Shown: one piece after another, positions 17,485 through 26,311 of the stretch
How positions within the stretch are numbered: position 1 is the stretch's first letter
How the letters are laid out: each line of letters begins with the position of its first letter
DNA from: Candidatus Omnitrophota bacterium
GTDB lineage: Bacteria; Omnitrophota; Gorgyraeia; Gygaellales; Profunditerraquicolaceae
Reading direction: 5' to 3'
DNA length: 64,000 bases
Assembly (NCBI GenBank): GCA_043813305.1
Contig: JBDRLC010000064.1
Span: 32,048-96,047, forward strand
Translations under genes and position numbers: made by a program
Notes under the pieces: model-generated
Seen by the model: the letters and a program-made list of their open reading frames with translations, nothing else
Databases searched by the model: none
What the model was told of the DNA's origin: nothing

Positions 17485-18337
17485 GTTGCGCTAAGATTGC
17501 CGCCTGATTTAAAACCACCGTATCCTGCTTAAGTAAATCAATTAATCTTACCTCGCTAAAACCTCTAAATTCATAAGTATCTACACAATAAAATATTATT
17601 TTTAATATTTCCTGTTTGATATCGATTTCTTCATCCAGAGGTTTGATTTGTTTTATGGAATATTCAAAAAAAAGTGTGTTATCGGCAAAATATCCGTTTG
17701 ATTTCTCTACTTCAAAATATTCCTTCCAATTCTCATCCTGAAATTTAGCAGTTATTCTTTGAGAGATCAGCGCCACAAGGAAATCTTCAAACCTTATATC
17801 AAAAGCCTGAATATGTTCTCCGGTTGCATCATCTATCGCCTCAGGATTTTCTGCAAAGCCGATTACATATCTGCGGTTAACCTCTGTCCAGGGGATTACC
17901 CCGGCATAAGATTTTTGAGTATCTAAGACATTCCCGGCGATAGTATAATCCAGCCCGGCTTTAATATCGGAAGCAACCATTACGTAAAACTCTAAGTTGT
18001 TTTCAGAACTCAATAATACTCTCCCGATAGAGCTTAAGATATTATTTAATTCATGCGATATCTCTTCGTCAAATACCTTTCCTTCTACTATCCCATAGTC
18101 CTTATCGAGTAGTTTATCCATAGGTGCATATATCCAGAGGGTGTTTGTGGACCTTTTGGTTACAACATCCAGGCCGAATTCTTCTTTACAGATTTTTTTT
18201 ACAGTAGAGAGGATATTTTCTTCTTTATAGGTTGGCTCAATCGGGTCTTGTTGACAGCCAGCTAAAATGAAAGAAAAGAGGAGGTTAAAAAGGAGGACGG
18301 TTTTTGCCGAATTCTTTAAAGATAGCTTCAATCTCAT
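17474..18337 (-). CDS. Lipoprotein of unknown function
   Basis: An internal Met gives [28 protein letters not shown], a signal peptide plus lipobox (LAGC). The longer track ORF (to 18385) would overlap the upstream gene by 101 nt. No family recognised. Confidence 0.6.
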   Translation of the reverse strand: MRLKLSLKNSAKTVLLFNLLFSFILAGCQQDPIEPTYKEENILSTVKKICKEEFGLDVVTKRSTNTLWIYAPMDKLLDKDYGIVEGKVFDEEISHELNNILSSIGRVLLSSENNLEFYVMVASDIKAGLDYTIAGNVLDTQKSYAGVIPWTEVNRRYVIGFAENPEAIDDATGEHIQAFDIRFEDFLVALISQRITAKFQDENWKEYFEVEKSNGYFADNTLFFEYSIKQIKPLDEEIDIKQEILKIIFYCVDTYEFRGFSEVRLIDLLKQDTVVLNQAAILAQPKH

Positions 18338-19985
18338 CGTAATTGAGCTCTTCTTTGGCGAGCAATTCCTGGGCAAAGCGATCAAGAAGGTCAGATTCTT
18401 TTTTTAGCAGGTTTTCTACTTCTTTGAAGCAGCCCTGTAGTATTTCCTGTACTTCGTTATTTAGTTGTTCTTTGATCTTCTCTGATACAAAGGAAACGCT
18501 TTGACCTCGAAATATTCCGTAATCTTGAGGCATAGTTTCTAATAAGCTGTAGTTTCCTACCAGCCCGGATTTTCCCATTCCCCATTCCCAGACCATCCGG
18601 TGGGCGAGCCACATCGCATGAGTAAAATCCTGGCTTACACCGGAGGTGGTGGAATTTAATTTTATCCCTTCGGCAGCGTATGAACCCAGGCTCACCTTAA
18701 TATCTCCCAGATATTGGTCTTTAGTACGGACATGTATTTCTTCGCGGGGATGTGGCATGACGAAACCCAGTGCGCCGCCTCGGGCTAAAATCGTAGCCTT
18801 AAACACATCCTTATGGGGTGCTAGAAACCACATCGAAATTGCGTGGCCTGCTTCATGATAAGCAATCTTCCTGCGTTCGCTTTCAGTGAATACGATCTTA
18901 TGCTTGATGCCCATTTCGACTCTATCATAGGCTTCAGAGATCTCTTTCATTGAGATTGATTCTTTTTTATTGCGTACGGTGATAAGCGCTGCTTCTCTGA
19001 TCAGGTTAGAGATATCCGCAGGGCTATTACCTACCGTTAATCTTGCTAATCTTTGTTTATCGAGTGAGGAATCGTGCTTTACGCTTTTGAGATAATAGTC
19101 AAACAGCTTTTCTCTTTCTTCTAAATTAGGCTTGCTGACAAAAATCTTACGGTCAAATCTCCCCGGTCTGAGTAATGCCGGGTCTAAGAAGCTTTCCGGA
19201 GCATTGGTGGCACCGATTACGATTATATTATAGTCTTTCTCTTTAAGGCCATCCATCTCGATGAGCAGTTGATTCAAAGTGGTGTTAGATTCACGTTGTC
19301 CGCCGAATCCCCGGTCGGTTGCACGCTGTGCTCCTACAGCATCTAGTTCATCGATAAATATAATACATCCGCCCTCTGCGTAAGCCATCTGTCCGGCGTG
19401 TTTGAAGAGTTTGCGGATGCGGCTGGCACCCACCCCTACAAACATTTCGATAAATTCTGAGCCGGACATCGCTAAGAAAGGAAGCTTTGATTCTGTGGCG
19501 ATCGCCTTGGCAAGATAGGTTTTGCCGCAGCCCGGAGGACCGATCGTTAATATGCCTCTTAAGATTTTGCCGCCGATACGTTGCAGGTGCGCCCGGTCTC
19601 TGACTAGGCGTACGACCTCCAATGCCTCTTCCTTTGCCTCATCCATGCCGATGACATCATTCCAGTGGATGCGTAGGTCATCCGGGCCTACCTTTTTTGT
19701 ATTAAGCCGGGTAAATTTAGCAGCTCCGCCGCGCATGATCCAGATCCACATCAATCCCCACATCGGGATGAACATGATGTAGCTGACCAGCCAGACATAC
19801 ATATGTATTCCGGATTGGGCGAGGGTTGCTTTTTTAAAGTATGATTCTGAGGTTTTCCAGGCGGCAACCGAATTGCGGATGAATACCGAAAGGGAGATCA
19901 GTATAACGATGATGACCACAGCGACGATTATTCCAATCCAGTGGTATTTGAAGAATAGGTGAATCTTTCTTTTATTTATTTGCAT
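18285..19985 (-). CDS. FtsH-like membrane AAA+ zinc metalloprotease with a minimal extracytoplasmic loop
   Basis: 566 aa. Two N-terminal TM helices are separated by only about 25 residues. Walker A GPPGCGKT, Walker [35 protein letters not shown]41 zinc motif HEAGHA. Confidence 0.85.
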   Translation of the reverse strand: MQINKRKIHLFFKYHWIGIIVAVVIIVILISLSVFIRNSVAAWKTSESYFKKATLAQSGIHMYVWLVSYIMFIPMWGLMWIWIMRGGAAKFTRLNTKKVGPDDLRIHWNDVIGMDEAKEEALEVVRLVRDRAHLQRIGGKILRGILTIGPPGCGKTYLAKAIATESKLPFLAMSGSEFIEMFVGVGASRIRKLFKHAGQMAYAEGGCIIFIDELDAVGAQRATDRGFGGQRESNTTLNQLLIEMDGLKEKDYNIIVIGATNAPESFLDPALLRPGRFDRKIFVSKPNLEEREKLFDYYLKSVKHDSSLDKQRLARLTVGNSPADISNLIREAALITVRNKKESISMKEISEAYDRVEMGIKHKIVFTESERRKIAYHEAGHAISMWFLAPHKDVFKATILARGGALGFVMPHPREEIHVRTKDQYLGDIKVSLGSYAAEGIKLNSTTSGVSQDFTHAMWLAHRMVWEWGMGKSGLVGNYSLLETMPQDYGIFRGQSVSFVSEKIKEQLNNEVQEILQGCFKEVENLLKKESDLLDRFAQELLAKEELNYDEIEAIFKEFGKNRPPF

Positions 19986-20038
19986 ATTTTACCTGTTAGT
20001 AGAAAATACCACATCTTTCTCGGTATGTCAAGGAATTA

Positions 20039-20391
20039 CCCCTGCAAAGGGTCTTTTCGGTCTAATCAGATTTTATCCCACAGAATGGGTCCTGCCTCGT
20101 AGAAAGTAAAATTTTACTAGGCGTTAGCGGGTCCTGTCTTGGACTGTTCCTCGCCGCACCACGCGGACTCGGAATCAGTCCAAGCCACCCGCTAACACAA
20201 AGGAAAATTTACTTCTCGAAAGGGGCTTTTGCGGGCTTGCTGGAGCGTGCATTAGGAATTTTTTGGCACAATTGATTAGAATTTAAGTCTGCGAGGGATT
20301 ACCCCGTAGCTGCTTGCAGCTACGGGGTAAACCGACGCAGACGGCAAAAAATTACAGCACGCGTAAGCAAGACCGAAAAGACCCTTTGGGG
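20039..20391. repeat. ~350-nt nested inverted-repeat element (MITE-like or structured RNA) between divergent promoters
   Basis: Outer inverted repeat: CCCC(TGC)AAAGGGTCTTTTCGGTC (20039-20062) / GACCGAAAAGACCCTTTGGGG (20371-20391). Inner helices: GTTAGCGGGT/ACCCGCTAAC, CTTGGACTG/CAGTCCAAG, GTCTGCG/CGCAGAC, CCCCGTAGCTG/CAGCTACGGGG. Confidence 0.7.
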
Positions 20392-20410
20392 ATATTTAAA
20401 CTTGTTCCTA

Positions 20411-20438
20411 TTGACTTGGGGTATATTTGTGATAGAAT
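20411..20438 (+). promoter_or_regulatory. Candidate promoter of eno
   Basis: TTGACT (20411-16), 16-nt spacer, TGATAGAAT extended -10 (TAGAAT at 20433-38). SD AGGAGGAG lies before the ATG. Confidence 0.45.
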
Positions 20439-20455
20439 TTTAACTTACCAATTAG

Positions 20456-21727
<1,272 letters not shown>

Positions 21728-21730
21728 ATA

Positions 21731-22003
21731 ATGGTATCAGTATTCAGAAAGGGTTTCTGGCTCTTTGCTATCGCTGTGGTTTTGTTGATTATTTTTCTTC
21801 CCGGTTATTCAAAATTACAGGAAGTAAGAGACAGAAACAGTAAGTTAGAAGTAAAGATTGAGAAACTGGTAGAAGAAAATTCGCTCTTACAAAAAGAACT
21901 GGAGAAAATAGAAAACGATCCAGTTTATCAGGAGAAGATTGCCAGGGAGAAAATGGGGGTGGTGCGCAAAGGCGAAGTCCCCGTTAAGATCATCCCTGAG
22001 TAA
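21731..22003 (+). CDS. ftsB: Septum formation initiator (FtsB/DivIC family)
   Basis: 90 aa with an N-terminal TM helix, a leucine-zipper coiled coil and ENDPVYQEKIAREKMGVVRKGE. It follows eno, as in many bacteria. Confidence 0.8.
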   Translation: MVSVFRKGFWLFAIAVVLLIIFLPGYSKLQEVRDRNSKLEVKIEKLVEENSLLQKELEKIENDPVYQEKIAREKMGVVRKGEVPVKIIPE

Positions 22004-22007
22004 AAAC

Positions 22008-22130
22008 TTGTGTGTGGGTAAGGGTAAGGATGCCGGTTTGGTTTATGGGTAAGGTAGTTGGTGTTTTAACACCTAACCCTAACCCAACCACCAAACCAAC
22101 TTCCTAACCTTAACCCTAACCTTCACACAA
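22008..22130. repeat. Family-C long imperfect palindrome (copy C1), G-rich arm GGGTAAGGGTAAGG / C-rich arm CCTTAACCCTAACC
   Basis: The ends TTGTGTG (22008-14) / CACACAA (22124-30) enclose a hairpin of about 110 nt. About 85-90% identical to 55549-55664 by eye. Confidence 0.75.
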
Positions 22131-22152
22131 ATTGAATATAACGTAGAGAATA

Positions 22153-22229
22153 CGCGGGGTGGAGCAGTCCGGTAGCTCGTTAGGCTCATAACCTAAAGGC
22201 CAGAGGTTCAAATCCTCTCCCCGCAACCA
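22153..22229 (+). tRNA. tRNA-Met (CAU), initiator type
   Basis: CGCGGGG...CCCCGCA-A-CCA with the C1xA72 mismatch and an A11:U24 pair. Anticodon loop CTCATAA. Near-identical in layout to E. coli tRNA-fMet, but the anticodon stem has only two G:C pairs. 77 nt. Confidence 0.85.
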
Positions 22230-22341
22230 TAGTTCGACGCGAAAAAGTCCCTTTCGTAAAATTACAAGAGGGACTTTTTCTTGCTCACTATAATCCTGAG
22301 CAAACGACCCTAGTATTAGTTTTAAAGAGTGCGTCGAAGGG

Positions 22342-22375
22342 AAAAACCGCCAGGTTCTGGCGGTTTTTTTATTTT
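22342..22375 (+). terminator. Intrinsic terminator after tRNA-Met
   Basis: AAAAACCGCCAG-GTTC-CTGGCGGTTTTT, followed by TTATTTT. Confidence 0.75.
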
Positions 22376-22416
22376 CTTTTCAGAAATTAGTGCTATAATT
22401 ACTTCGGAGGTGGAGG

Positions 22417-22575
22417 ATGGCAGACTCGGGTAAGGAAAAAAGAAAATTCAAAAGAACCAAGGCCAACTTCACCATTGTCTATGATCTATATAAGCCGCTG
22501 TCTGCAAGTATGAGCACAGGGGGGCAGATATGGCGAATCAAGATGCCAAGAGAAGAGATTACCAAAAATAATTGA
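22417..22575 (+). pseudogene. Truncated PilZ-domain gene (5' fragment, paralog of 28813-29196)
   Basis: MADSGKEKRKFKRTKANFTIVYDLYKPLSASMSTGG matches EKRKFRRTKANFTIIYDVYKPLSASMSIGG of the intact gene. Homology ends at residue ~37 and a stop follows at codon 53. The upstream TTAGTG(C/G)TATAATTA is also shared. Confidence 0.7.
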
Positions 22576-22746
22576 GGAATATTGTATAGGATGCGCACAT
22601 TGTATCATGGCCTGTCCCTTGGGGGTATTGAAACTTGTAGATAAGAAATCCAAGGTAGTGAATTATGAGGCATACGATAGCCAGAGTGTTGTATTGCAGC
22701 TTGCCCGCAGAAAGCAATGCCTTATCTAGAAGAGCAAGAATATTAA
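22562..22746 (+). pseudogene. Frameshifted/decayed 2x[4Fe-4S] ferredoxin remnant
   Basis: The first cluster motif is intact (EEYCIGCAHCIMACP) but there is no start codon in frame. The second motif is readable only after a frame change (..CCIAACPQKAMPYLEEQEY*) and its upstream Cys codons are lost (TAC GAT AGC CAG AGT GTT). No ORF of 60 aa or more exists here. Confidence 0.6.
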
Positions 22747-22840
22747 GCTCCGAAGTAGAGCCTATTAGGGCGCAAGGAGTCTAATAAGGAATAAATAAAG
22801 CAAATTATATTTTTTCAAGTCCAGTGATAAATTAAAAAAA

Positions 22841-22868
22841 TTGAATTTTTAAATATAAGTTATATAAT
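22841..22868 (+). promoter_or_regulatory. Candidate promoter of the receiver-porin-ApbE operon
   Basis: TTGAAT (22841-46), 16-nt spacer, TATAAT (22863-68). The context is AT-rich, so chance matches are likely. Confidence 0.3.
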
Positions 22869-22976
22869 GCTAGGAGTATTAACGATTAAAGTAATTATTC
22901 CTTTGCTGACGACCGGCACCAATAATATAAAACGATTAGATCAATCTGTTAATTTTGAAATTAAGGAGGTCTCATT

Positions 22977-23348
22977 GTGAAGAAAAAGATATTGATAATT
23001 GATGATGAGGTAGGTTTTGTATCACTAGTGAAATTAAATCTGGAAGAGACTGGACAATATGAGGTTGAGACAGAGAATAAAGGGGCAAAAGGCCTTGTTG
23101 CTGCTAAGAGATTTAAACCAGACCTAATTTTATTAGATGTGATAATGCCTGATATGCAAGGCAATGAAGTAATCCAACAGTTAGAAAATAATGCAGATAC
23201 TAAAAATATTCCAGTGGTTTTTTTGACTGCAATTGTAACTCCGAAAGAAACGGCGGAAGAAGGCGGTATTGTAGCTGGCAGGGCTTTTATAGCTAAGCCG
23301 GTAAGCATACAAAAACTCATAGAAGTTATTAAGGAGAATGTGGGTTAG
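22977..23348 (+). CDS. Stand-alone response-regulator receiver domain (CheY-like)
   Basis: 123 aa with a GTG start behind AAGGAGG. IIDDE, phospho-acceptor Asp in LILLDVIMPDMQG, FLTA, AKP. No output domain. Confidence 0.85.
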   Translation: MKKKILIIDDEVGFVSLVKLNLEETGQYEVETENKGAKGLVAAKRFKPDLILLDVIMPDMQGNEVIQQLENNADTKNIPVVFLTAIVTPKETAEEGGIVAGRAFIAKPVSIQKLIEVIKENVG

Positions 23349-23399
23349 AGATTTAAGTTTTGGTTAGATTATAAGCTTAATTTAGAGAGGCAGGATAGT

Positions 23400-24659
23400 A
23401 TGGTGAAATCCATTATTATATTACTGACCATTTATATGTTGGGATTTTTTGATATAGGATATGCGCAAGTAGGACAGATACAAGAGCTAAAGGAGCAAAT
23501 CAAGGGAATGGAGGTAATGATAGAAACACTGAAAACCAGAGTACAGGAGCTAGAAGATAAGCAGAAAGCTCAAGATGAGCAGGTTGGAAAGATTTCTCAA
23601 CTAGAGGAATCTGTAGGAGAACTACAAGAACCCGGGCCTGGTTTTTTTGAAGGCGTAAAGGTGGGCGGGCATTTTAAGGCATATCTTTTTGATCGCTCCC
23701 AGGGAAAACGTAATGCAATCAGACAACACAATAATCTCTCCGCGGGTATACACCACCTCTATCTTTATTTTAGAAAAGAACTGGAGGATTGGTTTAGTAT
23801 AGATTTACAGACAGATACCTCTGTTACTGCCAGTGCAACCCCGAGCTTAGGATCCAATATAACCAGGGCAACGAGCGCTAGCGTTAGTACTTCTATACAC
23901 CAGGCTTTTATGAATATAGTCTTGCCTAATAATAGCGAACTAAAAGTAGGGCTTTTTCATCCCATGTTTAGCGAAGATTACGCAAATGAAATCTGGTGGG
24001 ATCAACTCTATCATCAGAATAAGGGCCTGGACTATTTGCAGTCCTGGTATGATATGGGGGTTGAGTTTTATAAAAACTTTGATTTTGAGAATTGGTCTTT
24101 ACCGGTTTATCTTTCTTATCTTAATGGTAATACAGCCTACCGCGGTCAGTTTGTTGACAATAATGAAGGAAAAACGGTGTTAATTCATCTTGCTCCTGAA
24201 TTCTTCCAGTCTAAGCTGAAACTTCTCGGATCATTTGCTTTGGGAAAACACGATGTCGATAACAATGACGACCTGCGCCGATACGCAGCAGGTTTCGACT
24301 GGAAGTATAAAAAGTTTAGTATCCTGGGGGAATATCTTTACAGTAAATGGGAGAATTTATCTCTTACAGGCGGAGGAAATGAGGATGGCACTCGAGATGG
24401 CTATTATATAAAAGCCTTATACCGTTTTAGTCCAAAGTGGAGAGGACTGATTCAATACAGTCATTCCGAGCTCTATAATACCGCAGGGAGCGTTATGAGG
24501 TCTGATATATACGATGCATTAACATTGGGAGCGAATTATTTCCTTACAGAAGGCTCTACGATCATAGCCCAGGTTTCAACTTGCGATGCCAATAGGTCTG
24601 ATGATTCAGAGACTTTAGAGTTTTTACGCTATACCCTTGGCTGGCGGATTACATTTTGA
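23400..24659 (+). CDS. Outer-membrane beta-barrel porin-like protein with an N-terminal coiled coil
   Basis: Signal peptide (IGYA|QV), about 55 aa of heptad-rich coiled coil, then alternating beta-strand-like segments. The C-terminal ...LGWRITF ends in an aromatic residue, as in OMPs. The layout resembles OprO/P-type porins. Confidence 0.55.
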   Translation: MVKSIIILLTIYMLGFFDIGYAQVGQIQELKEQIKGMEVMIETLKTRVQELEDKQKAQDEQVGKISQLEESVGELQEPGPGFFEGVKVGGHFKAYLFDRSQGKRNAIRQHNNLSAGIHHLYLYFRKELEDWFSIDLQTDTSVTASATPSLGSNITRATSASVSTSIHQAFMNIVLPNNSELKVGLFHPMFSEDYANEIWWDQLYHQNKGLDYLQSWYDMGVEFYKNFDFENWSLPVYLSYLNGNTAYRGQFVDNNEGKTVLIHLAPEFFQSKLKLLGSFALGKHDVDNNDDLRRYAAGFDWKYKKFSILGEYLYSKWENLSLTGGGNEDGTRDGYYIKALYRFSPKWRGLIQYSHSELYNTAGSVMRSDIYDALTLGANYFLTEGSTIIAQVSTCDANRSDDSETLEFLRYTLGWRITF

Positions 24660-24668
24660 GGTTAAATA

Positions 24669-25679
24669 ATGTTAGGTAAGATACACAAATCCCCATTGAT
24701 AATATTTATACTATTATTTATTATTTTAGGAGGAATAAAGTTTTACAATGTCCGTAGATTCCATCTGGAGAAACAAAAGCGTTTTATGATGGACACATAT
24801 GTGACGATCTATGCGCTTGGCCCCGAAAGAATCACTTCAGAAGCAGTTAATCAAGCCTTAAATCGAATGCAGGAAATAGAAATCAAATTTAACCCGCGCG
24901 ATTCCAGAAGTCCGGTTTTTAGGTTTAATCAGCAAGGGACGCCGATTTCTGATCCGGAAGTCTTAGAAGTTGTTAAGATTGCCTTAAAGGTTAGTCGTGA
25001 TTCTGAGGGGGCATTTGACATCACCACTTTTCCTTTGACTGTTTTATGGAAAGTTACTGACAAGTCGCCTGATATTCCTGGGCAGGATCAGATTGAAGAG
25101 GTCTTAAGTAGAGTGGGCTATCAGCACCTGTTGCTTGAGAATGGAGTGTTAAATAAGAAGCAGGACGATGTTTCTATTGATTTAGGAGGTATTGCAAAAG
25201 GATATGCAGTTAGCGAGGCAGTCAAAGTTTTAAGGAATTACGGAGTGGCCTCTGCTGTTATAGATGCCGGGGGAGACGTATTTGTTCTGGGAAGAAGGGG
25301 TAGGAAAGGCTGGAAGGTAGGTATAAGAGATCCTCACAAAGATGATATTCTGGGATATCTAGAGGTAGAAGATTTAGCAGTTATGGGCTCAGGGGTTTAT
25401 GAGAGATTTTTTGTAAAAGGCGAAAAAAAATACCACCATATTATTAATCCTAAAACAGGATATCCGGCAGAAGGCCCAAGCGGCGTTACTGTTGTTTATT
25501 CAGATCCCGTGATTGCGGATGCCTGGGCTACGGCGATTTTTGTGATGGGCTCCAGTAAAGGGCTGGAGAGAGTAGAAGAGTTTCCCGGTATGGAGGCAAT
25601 AATAGTCAGTGAAGCAGGGGAAGTCTTGTATTCTCAAGGGATCAAAGATGCCCTGAGAATTATTCCTAAGGGTCAATAA
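24669..25679 (+). CDS. apbE: FAD:protein FMN transferase (ApbE/Ftp family)
   Basis: 336 aa with an N-terminal anchor helix, MDTYVTI, FDITTFPL, DLGGIAKGYAV, GGD and HHIINPKTGYP. Confidence 0.85.
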   Translation: MLGKIHKSPLIIFILLFIILGGIKFYNVRRFHLEKQKRFMMDTYVTIYALGPERITSEAVNQALNRMQEIEIKFNPRDSRSPVFRFNQQGTPISDPEVLEVVKIALKVSRDSEGAFDITTFPLTVLWKVTDKSPDIPGQDQIEEVLSRVGYQHLLLENGVLNKKQDDVSIDLGGIAKGYAVSEAVKVLRNYGVASAVIDAGGDVFVLGRRGRKGWKVGIRDPHKDDILGYLEVEDLAVMGSGVYERFFVKGEKKYHHIINPKTGYPAEGPSGVTVVYSDPVIADAWATAIFVMGSSKGLERVEEFPGMEAIIVSEAGEVLYSQGIKDALRIIPKGQ

Positions 25680-25696
25680 AATGAGGAAAGAACGAT

Positions 25697-26311
25697 ATGG
25701 CAAAGATTAAGAAAAGAATATTCAGCATCATTTCATTTTTATTTATCATTGGTATTTCTGCCACTCCTTGCTTGGCAATCACGCTTTTAACTGAAAAAGA
25801 GGCTTTGAGGCGCCTCTTCCCTTCGGCAGATGAAGTAGTCGTGGAGAAAAAAAATATTTCAGATGCACAACTAAATACAGTAAAAACAAGGCTTGAAGAA
25901 AAGCTGGTGAATTATGAGAAAAGCCGCACAGCCAAACAGATTATTCAACAAAAAGAGTTTGATTTTTATTTTGCGATAGAAAACGGCAAAAAGAGCGGGG
26001 TCGCCATTATTCTAGAGGAACCCGGTAAGTGGGGGCCAATAGAGTTTATCGTAAAATTAAATTTAGAGGGGGTCATAGGAGAGGTTATTGTAATGAGATA
26101 TACTGAGACCAGGGGCCGGCCTATAGCTAGGAGGAGTTTTTTAAAACAATTTGCTGGTAAGACGGCCAAAGACACTTTTAAATTACGCAAGGATATTGTA
26201 GCGGTAAGTGGAGCAACTATTTCTTCCGGGGCCGCAGCATTTACCGTAAAGAAGGCCATTGTTTTGTATGAAGAGCTATATCTAAGAAATATACAAAGTA
26301 GCGTAAAATAA
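25697..26311 (+). CDS. Secreted/periplasmic FMN-binding-domain protein (NqrC/RnfG-type FMN_bind)
   Basis: 204 aa with a signal peptide (ISATPCLA). C-terminal FMN_bind domain with the flavinylation-type motif VSGATISSG. Confidence 0.7.
   Translation: MAKIKKRIFSIISFLFIIGISATPCLAITLLTEKEALRRLFPSADEVVVEKKNISDAQLNTVKTRLEEKLVNYEKSRTAKQIIQQKEFDFYFAIENGKKSGVAIILEEPGKWGPIEFIVKLNLEGVIGEVIVMRYTETRGRPIARRSFLKQFAGKTAKDTFKLRKDIVAVSGATISSGAAAFTVKKAIVLYEELYLRNIQSSVK

Noticed and set aside
20039-20391. Known housekeeping ncRNA (RNase P RNA, tmRNA, SRP/4.5S, 6S) or group II intron domain
   Set aside because: None of the hallmark sequences I know is present (the GAGGAAAGUCC P4 region, the tmRNA tRNA-like ends, the SRP GGAA tetraloop helix, the intron domain V motif). 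It is kept only as an unclassified structured repeat.
22008-22130. Telomere or telomerase-related sequence, because of the CCCTAA/TAACCC-like hexamers
   Set aside because: Only two or three degenerate units sit inside an internal palindrome on a gene-dense chromosome. The resemblance is compositional. It is reported as a repeat family instead.
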